Made by a program: the position numbers and the translations under genes. From the human T2T-CHM13v2.0 reference genome, Homo sapiens, in the NCBI RefSeq assembly GCF_009914755.1, contig NC_060929.1: 64,000 nucleotides of DNA; one strand, given 5' to 3'. The notes below the pieces were generated by a model, which was given only the letters and a program-made list of their open reading frames with translations, searched no databases and had not been told where the DNA came from. Positions 28,446-40,906 of this stretch are shown piece by piece. Within the stretch, counting starts at the first letter, position 1, and each line of letters starts with the position of its first letter.

Positions 28446-31400
28446 CTTTTTAAAAATTTTTAAAATAGACTTTACTTTTTAGGATAGTTTTAGGATCACA
28501 GCAAAATTGAACAGAAAGTGTAGAGAGTTCCTGTATATGCCTTCCTCTCCCACACATACAGCCTCCCTCACTGTCATCATCCTATACTAGAGAGGCACAT
28601 TTATTGCAATCAATGAACATACATTTACACATCCTTATCATCCTAAATCCGTAGTTTGTATAGAGTTTGTTCTTGATGTGCATTCTGTGGGTTTTGACAA
28701 TGTATAATGACATGTGTTCATGATTATCATACAGAATAATTTCATTGCCTAAAAATCTTCTGTGCTTTATCTATTCTTCTCCCTCCCACAACCATTGATC
28801 TTTTTACTGTCTCCATAGTTTTGCCCTTTCCACACTGTTATATAGTTGGAATCATACAGTATGTAGCCTTTTCAAATTGGCTTTTTTGACTTAGTAACAT
28901 GCATTTGGTTCCTCCATGGTTTTTTTTTTTCTAGCTTGATAGTTCATTTCTCTTTTTATCACTGAATCTTAATCCATGTGTAGATATACCACAGTTTATT
29001 CACTAATGAAGGGAATCTTGGTTGCTTCCAAATTTTAGAAGAAATGAACAAAGCTGCAATGAACATCCTGATATGTCCCCCACCCAAATCTCATGCTGAA
29101 TTGTAATCCCCAGTATTGGAGGTGGGGTCTGGTGGGAGGTGATTGGATCATGGGGGCAGTTTATCATGAGTCATTTAATACCATCCCCCCTTGGTGCTGT
29201 TCTTGTGATAGTGAGTGGGTTCTCATGAGGTCTAGTTGTTTAACAGTGTGAAGCACCTCCCATCTCTCTCTCGGTCCTGCTCTTGCCATGTAAGATGCCT
29301 GCTCCCACTTTGCCTCGCACCATGAGTAAAAGCTCCCGGAGGCCTCCCCAGAAGCAGTTGCTGCTGTGCCTCCTTGGACAGCCTGTGTAACTATGGGCCA
29401 ATTAAACTTATTTTCTTTATAAAGTACCCAGTCTGACGTATTTCTTTATAGCAATGTGAGAATGGACTAATACAGGAAATTGGTACTAAGTGGGCAGAGG
29501 TTGGAAGAGTTTGGAGGGGTCAAAGGAAGACAGGAAGATGAGGGAAAGTTTGGAATGTCCTGGAAACTTGTTGAATGATTATGACAAAAGTACTGACAGT
29601 GATATGGACAATTAAGTCCAGGCTGAGGAGGCTTTCAGATGGAAATGAACTTATTTAGAACTGGAATAAAGGTCACTTTTGCTATGCTTTAGCAAACTTG
29701 GTTGGATTGTACCCTGTTCTAGGAACCTGTGGAACTTTATACTTGAGAGTGATGATTTAGAATATTTGACAGAAGAAATTTCTAAGCAGCAAAGCATTCA
29801 AGAGTCAGCATGGCTGCTTCTAACAGCATAGCTCATATCTATGAGTAAAGAAATGATCTGAAACTGGAACTTACATTTAAAAGGGAAGCAGAGCATAAAA
29901 GTTTGGAAAATTTGCAGCCTGGCCATGTGGTAGAAAAGAGAAGCCTATTTTCTGGGGAGGAATTCATGCAGGCTGCAGAATTTTGCATAACTAAAAGGAA
30001 GGCAAGTTCTGATAGCCAAGACAATGGGGGAAAGACCGTGAAGGCATTTCAGAGACTTTGTGGCAGCCCCTCCTATCACAGGCCCAGAGGCCTAGGAGGG
30101 AAGAATGGTTTTGTGGGCCAAGCCCAGGGTCCTGCTTCCCTGAGCAGCCTCAGGACACTGTTCCCTGCATCCGAGTCATTCCAGCTTCAGCTAAAAGGGG
30201 CTCAGGTACAGCTCAGGCCACTGCTCCAGAGGGTGCAAGCTATAAGCCTTAGTGGTTTACACATGATGTTGAGCCTGCAGATGCACAGAGTGCAAGAGTT
30301 GAGGCTTGGGGCCATCTGCCTAGATTTCAGAGGATGTGTGGAAAAGCCTGGACATCCAAGCAGAAGCCTACTGCAAAGGCAGAGCCCTCATGGAGAACCT
30401 CTACTAGGGTAGTGCAGAGGGAAAATTGGGAGCCCCCACATCAAGTCCCCACTGGGGCACTGCCTAGTGGAGCTGTGAGAAGAAGGCCACTGTCCTTCAG
30501 ACCCCAGAATGGAAGATCCACTGAAAGCTTGCTCTGTGCACCTGGAAAAGCCACAAGCACTCAACACCAGCTCTTAAGAGAAACCCTAGGGGCTGAACCC
30601 TGCAAAGCCATGGGGGCAGAGCTGCCCTAGGCCTTTGGAGCCCCAGTGTGCACTGCATATGAAACATGAAGTCAAAAGAGATTATTTTGGAGCTTTAAGA
30701 TTTAATGATTGCCTTGCTGAGTTTCAGACTTGCATGGGGCCTGTAGTGTTTTTCTTTTGGCTGATTTCTCCCTTTTGGAATGGGAATTACTCCCATTGTG
30801 TAAATACAATGCCTAAACCCCCATTGTATCTTGGAAGTAATTAACTTGATTTTTTGATCTTACAGGCTCATAGGCAGAAAGGACTCTCCTTGTCTCAGAT
30901 GAGACTTTGGATTGTGGACTTTTGAGCTGATGCTGGAATGAGTTAAGACTTTGGGAGACTGTTGGAAAGGCATGATTGGATTTTGCAATGTGAAAAGGAC
31001 ATGAGATTTGGGAGAGGCCATGGGCAGAATGATATGGTTTGGATCTGTGTCCCCCACCCTTCAAATTTCATGTCAAATTGTAATCCCCAGTGTTGGAGGT
31101 GAGACCTGCTGGGAAGTGGTTGGATCATGGAGGCTGTTTCTCATGAATGGTTTAACATCATCTTTCTTTGTGCTGTTCTTATAATAGTGAGTGAGCTCTC
31201 TCTCCCAGTCCTGCTGCTGCCACATAAGCCTGCTCCTGCCATGTAAGGTTCCTGCTCCTGCTTTGTCTTCCACATTGGAGTAAAAGCTCCTGGAGGCCTC
31301 CTCAAAAGCAAATGTTGCCATGCTTTCTGTATAACCTGCAGAACCATGAGCCAATTTATAAATGAGCCAGTCTCAGGTATTTCTTTATAGCAATGTAAGA

Positions 31401-31655
31401 ATGGACTAATACACCTCCATATGTAAGTTTTTGCATTGACATAAGCTTTCAACTCATTTGGGCAAATCCCAAGGAGCGAGATTGCTGAATTGTATGGTTA
31501 GAGTTTAGATTTATAGGGAACTGCTGAACTGTCTTCTGAGGTAGCTGTTCCATTTTGCATTCCCCCCAGCAGTGAATGAGACACGTTGTTGCTCCACATC
31601 CTTAACAGCATTTGGTGTTACCAGTGTTTTGGATTTTTGCCATTCTAATAGTGTG
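28446..31655 (-). mobile_element. L1MC1-like 3' end, split by MSTA (28446-29068, 31419-31655)
   Basis: tagttttaggatcacagcaaaattgaacagaaag; aaagctgcaatgaacatcc resumes as atatgtaagttttt after the MST element. Confidence 0.8.
29069..31413 (+). mobile_element. Full-length MSTA-type MaLR: 5'LTR 29069-29474, internal 29475-31029, 3'LTR 31030-31413
   Basis: Two direct LTRs tgatatg...ggactaataca; internal begins gaaattggtac; 5-bp TSD catcc/cctcc. Confidence 0.92.
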
Positions 31656-31905
31656 CAGGCTGACTTTTAAATACCTCTTTCAAATTTGTCTTTCCAAATG
31701 TGCTTGTACTTTTCTCAGACAAGAGCATCCTACTGTTGTCCAGCTTGTGTTCTTACTGAATCCTCTCAGCCTCTGTTCCAGAGCCGGACTTTTGCTCATG
31801 TTCTCACTCTAAAGTCTTCCTCCTTCTTTCATGCCAAAAACATCCTATTCCCTTCTTTGCATACCAGACATTATTTCCCTTTTCTTGCTGTGAATTTCTC
31901 TAGGG

Positions 31906-32049
31906 ATATGGTTCTCAACTGCAGAGAGCTTCAAGAGATACTGATGGCTTTGTCCCATCCCCAGAGAGTCTGATGTTACTGAGCTGGGTGTGAGGACTTC
32001 AAAGTCCACCAGATGGTTCTTAATGTGCTGCCAGTGTTGAGAACCAAGC
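31906..32049. mobile_element. MER5-type hAT MITE
   Basis: Terminal inverted repeats tggttctcaa/ttgagaacca. Confidence 0.7.
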
Positions 32050-33349
32050 ACTGGGGCTTACAATCCTCACCAGAAAATCAAATATTTTACTGCATACTAA
32101 GTACATTGTATAACAGGCACTCTGTTTCTTGTTCCATGGTTGTGTTATGATGCCATAAATACTCTCTGCTGAGTCAAAAAAAGAGACAACAATAAGGTAG
32201 TCAACAAATGCTATTTGCAGGCCTGTCTGAGCTGAGCGTCTAGATTTTTCTTGCCAACTTTAACTGATCCTAAAAAGATTAATTCCTAGAGGGCTAGGAA
32301 TTAGTCTTCTTCATTTCTTTCCTAGGCACAAAGCATATCAGAAAACATCCACTGATGGTCAGTCATTTAGCTAAATTTCTAGGGGATGTGTCCTTCCCCA
32401 GAGAGTGAGGCCACAAATTATCTCACTGGCCCAGTTTCCTGTTTAAGTGGCTGAACTTTGCCTTTGCCAAAATTCGCCTCTTCTAAAATTTGTGGCTCAC
32501 TGTGATGCTGCTATGATACCAGAAGAGGAGGTTTATTTTGTGAAAATATATAGCTTTCAAGGATGCAAGTGAAAGTGAACATAAGCCCATCAAAATGTAG
32601 AAGCTATATTTCTGGTTCAGGAAATTGATTGAAAACCTGTATTTATTTACCTTCCCCCATGTCCCACAGAAATGACAGTAAAAATATCTGAAGGGGGATA
32701 AGTCCATAATAATACTGAAAGCAGGAAAGAGCAGCTATCATCAGACCAGAGATTTTTTATAGACTTTTAGAAGATGGAATTGTAGATTATACTGATAGAG
32801 AAGTTAAAACTGAAAGAACGATAGCCAAGAGTGTGCACAAGAGGGATGAAGCACAGGTGGGAGCTTCTCTTCCCAGTGTGCAGAGGCTCCCAACTAAAAG
32901 TCAGAAGGAGAGACAAGCAAGAACAGGAGTAGCAATCAGGATGGAACCTGGAGAAGTATCTTCAGAACAGCTCTGCTGGTCTGTCCCTTAATTCTGCTCC
33001 CTGCTGAAACTGGAAGTGGTTGCCATTATTTTTGTCCTTGGGACAAACCGTAGGGCTGGTCTCTAAAGAAAAAATGGCTCCAGAGTAAAGCCCTGAAAAT
33101 TCTGGCACCAAAAGGAGTGTGGCTGGGGGTAATCCTTCCTGTGCCCTGTCCCCACATCTGGGGAGCGATGCGAGCCACACACCTAGAAATTACAGTGCAA
33201 TCCTGGAGTGAGCGAAAGACCCATACAGCAGCAGAGAAACCTGTATCAGCGATCATTATTAAACAACCTCTTCCTTAATTCACAAAGCTGAGTAGAAAAC
33301 CAAGGCTCATCCATGGCGTGAGAGAAACAAATAGAATAAAAAGTTACCC

Positions 33350-35100
33350 AGAGGAATAAATAGCTGAGGACATAAACAATTGAAGGGAAAAGCAGGGGTG
33401 GGTGGGTAGAGGAAGAAGGAATTTTTTGAGAATTCTAATTAGCATCAGTCCAGTGAGATATAGCTTCTATAAACAGGAATAGCTGCTATAAAAAGGAATA
33501 ATAAAAGAAAAAATCCAAAACATGATTGCCAAACCTAAAATACATAATAAAATAGCAAAGATAAAGTAAAAGAAATCTTTCAGAAGTAGGACAAAGATAT
33601 AAAAGGATGAAAAATATAAAAATTTTTGAAAAGTTCAGGGATACAGAGAATACAGCTGAACACTCTAAAATCTGTCTAATAAGGCATGCATAATGAGGAA
33701 AACATGCCATGGGGAAATTATTGAGGAAATAGCTGAATAACATTTTCCTTAATGAAAGACACAAGTCTTCAGATTGAAAGGCTTATTCACCACTGAGCAG
33801 GATGACTACTACTAGCAGGAATAATATTGTTGACACCATCCACTAAGTGCCTTCCATGGATTATCTCATTCACTCTCATAACAACCTATAAGTATGACTA
33901 ATAAAGAAAAACATATTTAGTCACATCCTCATGATTTTTCAAAAATATTCTAAAAGTTTAGAGAGGAAAAAATGGTCATTTACAAAGGAATTCAAATTTG
34001 ATTGGCATCAGACTCCTCAACAGCAATACTGGTTACCAAAAGACAATGAAACAATACATTTAGATTCTGAAGGATAATTATTTTTAACCTAGACTCATCT
34101 AGAATATTTATTAAAAGAAGAAGGTATAAGCAAAATAAAAACTTTTCTAGGCACTGAAAGACTCAAAAAATTTACTTCCATTTACTTTTCCAAAAATATT
34201 TGAGGATATACCACAGAAAAACAAATGTAAGAATTCACTGAAGAGGGCAACATGGAATCCAATAGAACAGACTAAGCTAAGAATGCAAGAGGAAAGTAAT
34301 ATCAGAAAGATAGCTGAGCAGCAATCCTAGAAAGCAATCATACAAAATCAGAACTGGATGTGAGCAGCCTCCTATTTCAAGAGGAATAACAAAGAAGCCA
34401 GAAATCTTAGTGGTGTGATAGAAAAAGTCATATTTCTTCATTGAACCAGAATGATGGAAGGCAACTAAAAATGTCAGGAAAAACAGAAAACTGTACCAGA
34501 AAATCACAGGATGAGTGTGAAGCAAACTTAGATATACTATTATTTTGAATAATTGGTACAGAGTAAGAAAAGAAAATCCACTTATGCCTTGTATCTGAAC
34601 ATTTATTTTTTGAATGGCACAAGTCTATAACATAACCTACATTTCTTTCCTGTGGTTCCAGTCACATTAGTCGATTATACAGGGAATAATATTAACATTA
34701 TCATAATATTTATCATTTTGTGTTTTGGCTTCTAATTTTTGAGAAAAAAATTGTCCTTTATGTAAAGCATGAAAGACAACTATAGTTGTAAAGTAGAATG
34801 TAAATGTCAACAACAGTGTAAAAGCCATGATAAAACTAAGAATTTGGGAAGATAGCAGAAGTGCAGAAATAGTGTGGGAGTACTAATTTCCTCATTTCAT
34901 ATTATTAGGCATCAACAGATACTGTTAAATTGATGTATGCAGAAATTGATTATTTAGAGTTATGATCATAATCATCAGTTGTATTTTTAAAAAACTAGTA
35001 TTGGGGGAGAAAGAGAAAGGATAAATTCACTTTTTATTTCATATAATTTCCTCTTTTAAGTGTTGTTTGCCATGTCCATAAAGTTCATAATACAGTATTT
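33350..35100 (+). mobile_element. Ancient L1 ORF1 relic, HAL1-like, with a MIR insert at ~33810-33900
   Basis: KDTSLQIERL at ~33754 and VIYKGIQI*LASDSSTAILVTKRQ* at 33975 match L1 ORF1 RRM/CTD motifs; no ORF2 motif recognised downstream. Confidence 0.6.
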
Positions 35101-35137
35101 ATATAATATTATTAAAGCTTGTGCTTATCTCATTCTA

Positions 35138-35429
35138 TTTTTTTTTTTTTTTTTACACAGAGTCTTCCTCTGTCACCCAGGCTGGAGTGCAGTGGCAGGA
35201 TCGAGTCTCACCGCAACCTCTGCCTCCCGGGTTCAAGCAATTCTCCTGCCTCAGCCTCCTGAAGTAGCTGGGATTACAAGCGTGTGCCACCACGCCCAGC
35301 TAATTTTTGTATTTTTAGTAGAAACGGGGTCATGTCGGTCAGGCTGCTCTCAAACTCCTGACCTCGTGATCCACCAACCTCAGCCTCCCAAAGTGCTGCG
35401 ATTACAGGTGTGAGCCACCGCGCCTGACC
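35138..35429 (-). mobile_element. AluS (Sg-like)
   Basis: cctgacctcgtgatcc; TSD cattcta. Confidence 0.93.
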
Positions 35430-35739
35430 CATTCTACTTCTTTTAGAATATCTGAAATCAGGCCATTTCCCAAATGTTGATGATACTTTCCTGCAGACTG
35501 GCAACTAATATTGACTCAATTCATTCTGACCTCTTTATTCCCATGTTAGTCATTGATCTGTACACTCTTCACCCTCACCTAGATGTCTGCAACTTCCTAC
35601 TTGAATCTACCACCTTCATTCTTTCTCTTTTTCTACTTCTCCCTGTTTGGGCCATTGTACCTCCTTCACGAAACTCCTTAACAACTTCTGATGGTTCTAT
35701 AGATCAAGTTCAAAGTCTCAATTTTATGGTGTATGACTG

Positions 35740-36300
35740 TAGCCAGAATACCTACTGTGTGGAGTCAGACCTGAGTTTTGATACCTACCTCTGTGTCTTG
35801 AATAATATTACAGCACAGCAGAAAAGTAGCATCACAAAGTAACAAGAATCACAGACTCTGAAGCTAGATCCACTAGTTAAATCCCAGCTCTATCACCTAT
35901 TGCTTGTGTGACTTAACCTATCCACATGCTTCAGTTTTCCCACCTCTAAAATGAGGGTGATAACATTACCTTGACTCATAGAGTTGTTGTAAGGAGTATC
36001 TGAAGTAAAGTGTGTAAAACTTTTGGAGTGGAGCCTGGCAGAGAGTAGATCACGCAAGCTCATATAGATGACTCTACTTCAGAGTACTCCCATGAAGATA
36101 AAGTGAGTCAAGTTATTTAAGCACCCAACTTAAATAATAATAGAATATAAATTCCACAGGGCAGATATTTTTGTGGTTTTATTTACTGGTATATAGCAAG
36201 ACCTGGAACAAAACCTGGCACTATTATCAGTGGTTAACATATTTTAATTCATGTACATGTATCTATTCAAAAATAAATGTTTGTTGAATGAATGGATTGA
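35740..36300 (+). mobile_element. Cluster of MIR fragments and an L2 3' end
   Basis: gcttcagttttcccacctctaaaatgaggg; aaataaatgtttgttgaatgaatg. Confidence 0.65.
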
Positions 36301-37329
36301 TTAATATTGTCACCAATCTCTCTCTACCAGTTACACCAGACTCTCTTTCTCTCTTCTCTTACCATGTCAGACATCCTAATATTTCAACCCACTTCCGTTC
36401 ATTGCAGGCTCATTCCTTTCTCCTCAATTCTTTGTTTAAGGCTTTCCCAAGTCAATGTGAAATTCCTTCCTTTTCCTTTAAAAAACAAAACACAAAAAAA
36501 CCTCCTCCAAGAATCCTTTACACATTAGTCTAAAATGAGTTGCTAATGTTCCCTGAAACCATAAGGAGATAGAAATCCTCCCTCTTCCTAATCACTTTAT
36601 GCTCTTCCTGCCTATGTTGCTGTACATTATGAGCTGGCTTGTCCTGGATGGGCCACGTTTGGGAATGTCCAGCATGCCCACAGCCCTTCTCAAATGAGAT
36701 TTTCCCAAAAGTTGCCTTGCTGTTACCTGTGGTCCCAAGTGAATGAATCAGGGCAGGCAATCGATCTACTGGTTAGAGACATTTTAGGTTGTTGATATAT
36801 GAGCTTTTCCCAAATAGATCTCTCCCAAGGAGTTCTCAATGTAAGGCATTGGAATGAATCATTTGTTTTGGGAACAAAGCCAAATAACAGAGAAGGTAAG
36901 ATACTGAGGTCATGAATAATCAGAAGCAATGAGAGATAATAAACAGAAGCAATGTGAAAGAGAGAAGGGAATAGAGAGAAGTTGGTGGGAACCAGCAGGA
37001 TTAATAAAGGCAGAGATTTTAAAAAGCCTCATAGAAGCTAAATGGGACTTTGAGGATCCTTTTAAAAGAGCATAGCCTCGGTCAGCATGCGCCTTTGGCT
37101 TTAGCCTTCCTGAGAGTGGAAGTCCTACTAAGAATGGCAGTCCAAGAAGAGATAAGGAAGCTGGTTCCTGTTTACCTAAAACTGAGAAAAGTACTTTCAG
37201 GTAATATGGATTTTTCTTATTATGCTTGTATACAATTACTGTCCTTTATTTTTAAACTCTGGACTTCAGGTACACAGAATTGGATTCATCTTCATTCTTG
37301 GTTAATGGCATGCTACCATCCTTGGCCCA

Positions 37330-38060
37330 TTCATAGCATGGTCTCATTTTATTTCTTGGTAACATAACAAACACCCACAAATTACCACATAATCCAATAA
37401 TTAGAACAATAACAATGATTCAACCCTCCCATATACTCTTCCCTATTGCATGCTTTTGCTTTCCTGCCATAAATAATCATTTTCCTAAATTGGGGTTTAT
37501 CATTCTCTTACTTTTCTTTTTTATTATATGTGTGTATGCTGAAATGAAATGTTGTTTAGTACACATTGCTTTTGAACTTTACTAAAGGACATCATGTTGT
37601 ATGCAGTCTTCTGAGACTTGCTTTTCTTATTCAGCAGTATGTTACTTGGATTAATACAGCCTGTTGCATGTAGTTATAACTCACTCATTTTCACTGATGC
37701 TTAATTATTCAATGGTTAATTTATACATTTCCTAGTCGCTGGGCATTTCGATTGTTTCCAGTTTTTGTTGGTTGGTTGGTTTACTTATTGCTGTTACAGG
37801 GTTGCTGTAAACATTCTTGTATATAATTCCTGGTACGTGTTCCTTTGGGCATAGTCTAAGGAGTACAATTGTTGTGCCATAGGTTTATGAATTCTCAACT
37901 CTTCAACATAATACCAAATTATTTTTCAGTGTAGTTAAACCAATTAAACTCTTGACATATAAAAGATGCTGTTGATTTATATCCTCTCCAGTACTTGGAA
38001 TGCCAAATCTCTTAATTTAATTAATAAAGTGGCTATAAAATAATATTTTATTGTAGTCTT
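37330..38060 (-). mobile_element. Old L1ME fragment
   Basis: ttttgaactttac...tgtatgcagtcttctgagacttgcttt...gggcatttcgattgtttccagttttt. Confidence 0.75.
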
Positions 38061-38110
38061 TTTTAAAAGAAATGAAGTACTGATAGATGCTACAACATGC
38101 ATATTTTTAA

Positions 38111-38258
38111 CTAATTAATTTTTTTTTTTGTAGAGACAGGTTGGGGGTAGGGTCTTCCTTTGTTACCCGGGCTGGTCTCAAACTCCTGGCTTCAAGCAAT
38201 CCTCCTGCCTTGGCCTCCCAAAGTGCTGGGATTACAGGCATGAGCCAACGTAGCCGGC
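38111..38258 (-). mobile_element. Alu left monomer (AluJ/FLAM)
   Basis: gctggtctcaaactcctggcttcaagcaatcctcctgccttggcctcccaaagtgctggg. Confidence 0.85.
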
Positions 38259-39739
38259 TTGTAGTCTTTTTTTTTTTTTGTAAGTGAATATGTATTACTT
38301 GAAAAATCAGGTAGAAACAGTGTAAGTATTACTTATAAAGCCAGCTAAAAAAGCATGTGGAAACAGAAATACCTTGATTCAGAAACTCACATACATGTAC
38401 ATATAAAATCCAAACCTACAAGTTCCCCCACCCTTCAGATCTGGAAAAAAAAATTCTCAATGGTATTTGAGCTGAATATGGGAAAAAGCATAAACTATCT
38501 CTAGTTCCTTTTCTAAGCCACTTACTAAGACAAACATAAACTCCTAGATTTTTTTTCTGCTGCACTATAAAGCAGCCCTTCAAGTATATGCAGCCTGTGG
38601 CAGCAAGGGGGAAAGGGTCTGGATCTCAGTCCTACAATGCCTTTTAAATTCAATGTTGATTCCATGAGTTGTGTTTATGTGATATCAAAGTAACTATTTT
38701 AACTCGGGGGTAAAAAGTGTGTCTTTGGCATCACATAGACAAGAGCTCAAGTTGTTTGATCGAATTTTTCATGTTTAACCACTCAGGTTGGCATTTATAG
38801 AAAGAACCCCTCTTCTGCCAGATTACCTTGTGGTTACTTTCCTATTCCCTAGAGGAGCTGTAAATTACTCAGAGAATAAACCGGCAGGTGTTACGTAAAC
38901 ACTGAATACAACTAAACATTCCTTTCAAATAATGTCACATTAAAACTTGAACAAGACTCAAAGAATTTTGCAATATTCCAAAGAAGAAAGCAATATATAG
39001 CAGCCTCGGAAATACTGAAATTGCTAGTAAAACAAATCTACAAAATTGACTTTGGAAAAAACAACACCAAAACAGCAATAAGAGCAACAAAAACAATAAA
39101 GTTTATGTACAAAGAGAAGCAACCAATGTTAAAGTAAATAAAATATCTTCCTATAACCAGACTTACTGCTATGTTCCATGGGTTCAAATGAAAGTGCTTT
39201 TATTCTGCAAAATTATAGTTTACAGCATCATATGTGATTAAAGAAGTAGCAGTAAAAATGTCTACCTGTCTACTGGAAGAAATGAAAGCTAGGTATGATA
39301 TAGAAAGGATAATCAGCTATTTCCTGTTATTTTCCTCAGAACCTTAAGTCGACTGAATCCAACAAGCATTAGCTTCATTTTCCTTTTCTCTGATTCAATT
39401 CACACTAGTTTACTGAGCATCTAATATGGACCACTGGTGAAAGATGTTAAATATTTAATGATGAAGAAGACTCAGCAGGGTATGGGGGGATTCAAATAGG
39501 GATAAGACTTTATGTGGCTGAAGGGCAGAAAAGACATCGTATGTGAGAGTAACATCCAAAATAGATCTTAGAAGATTGGGCCAATGGAGATGCCTTCATC
39601 TCCCAGATGTGTCCCAGATAGAAAGAACAACACAAGCAAAAGCACGGATATATAAAATAATTATGCTTGGAGACAAGAGTGAATGGTTTAGCAAATGACA
39701 GAGGGATTGAAAGAGCTGTTTAAAAAGAGAAGAAAGCTA

Positions 39740-40390
39740 TAGGATTCTTTAGGCTAAAGGTGACTGCAACATAACTAAAATCGAACTAAGCTCAGAAAGG
39801 CAGGTATTGGCCTATTTAACTGGAAAGTCAAGAACGCTGGGTTGGTGGCATGCGACTGTAATCGCAGCTACTCAGGAGGCTGAGACGGGAGGATCCTTTG
39901 AGCTCAGGAGTTCAAGACTAGCCTGGGCAATATAGCGAGGATCCTGTCTCTAAACAAAAACAAAAAGCACAAAGTCAAGGAGGTGCTCTGGCTTCACTCA
40001 TAGCTGGATCCAGGGAGTCTCACTTTGCTCAATAAACTTTACCTCTTTTTTTTCTGTTGGCTTTGTGTTATAGTTGGTAATCCTAGCTACTTTTGTCTTT
40101 TACCATAGTGACTTCTAGCAGCCTCAACAGAAAATGAGCTGCTCTTTCTCAACTGCTCAGACAAAAGCCTCAGAATAGAGATTCATTTATCTGACTTAAC
40201 TAATTTATGCCTGTCCCTGACCCAATTATTGGGTCTAGGAGGATTCGTCATGTGTTCACTCCTAGAGCCAAGAAGAAGGATCATTGCCAGACAAACTGGG
40301 ATGAAGGAATGGGTACCTGTAAAGAAACTTAAAGCCCTACCAAATAAATAACTGCCTGTTGGGTAGAAAAAACACCAGGTGTCCCCACCA
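39740..40390 (-). mobile_element. Old MLT1 LTR, split by FLAM
   Basis: ggcttcactcatagctggatccaggg; TSD aaagtcaag around the FLAM. Confidence 0.55.
39836..39970 (+). mobile_element. FLAM_A
   Basis: 7SL-like monomer cagctactcaggaggctgag...ggagttcaagactagcctgggcaatatagcgag; TSD aaagtcaag (39824/39971). Confidence 0.85.
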
Positions 40391-40583
40391 GGCTCTGAAA
40401 CCAATCTGAAGAAAATGCACTTGAGCCACTGAAAAATTTTAGGCAAAGAAGCAGCATGATTAGAGTAGTTCCAGAATGATCTGGTCCCAAGGTAGAGAAC
40501 AGATAAGAGTTGAGAGGGACTGAAAGTGCCTGCGACAGAAAAGATGATTCAGTAATAATGTTTTAAAAAGAAAATAAGAGTCT

Positions 40584-40906
40584 CAGCCTGGTGCGGTGGC
40601 TCATGCCTGAAATTCTAGCACTTTGGGAGGCTGAGGCAGGTGGATCGCTTAAGCTCAAGAGTTCAAGACCAGCATGGGCAACATGGCAAAACTCCATCTC
40701 TACCAAAAGTACAAAAATTAGCTAGGCCTGGTAGCCTAAGCCTGTAGTCCCAGCTACTCAGGAGACTGAGGTGGGAGGATCACTGGAGCCCAGGAAGCTG
40801 AGGCTGCAGTGAGCCATGATCACACCACTGCATTCCAGCCTGGGTGACAGAGTGAGACTCTGTCTCAAAAAAAAAAAAAAAGAAAAGAAAAGAAAAAGAA
40901 AAAAGG
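40584..40906 (+). mobile_element. AluJb inserted in an antisense L2 (~40400-41310)
   Basis: TSD aaaagaaaataag(a/g)gtct (40566-40583/40907-40924). Confidence 0.93.

Noticed and set aside
29903-30844. Overlapping ORFs of 169, 98 and 69 aa
   Set aside because: All lie in the MSTA internal region; frameshifted MaLR remnants, not a host gene
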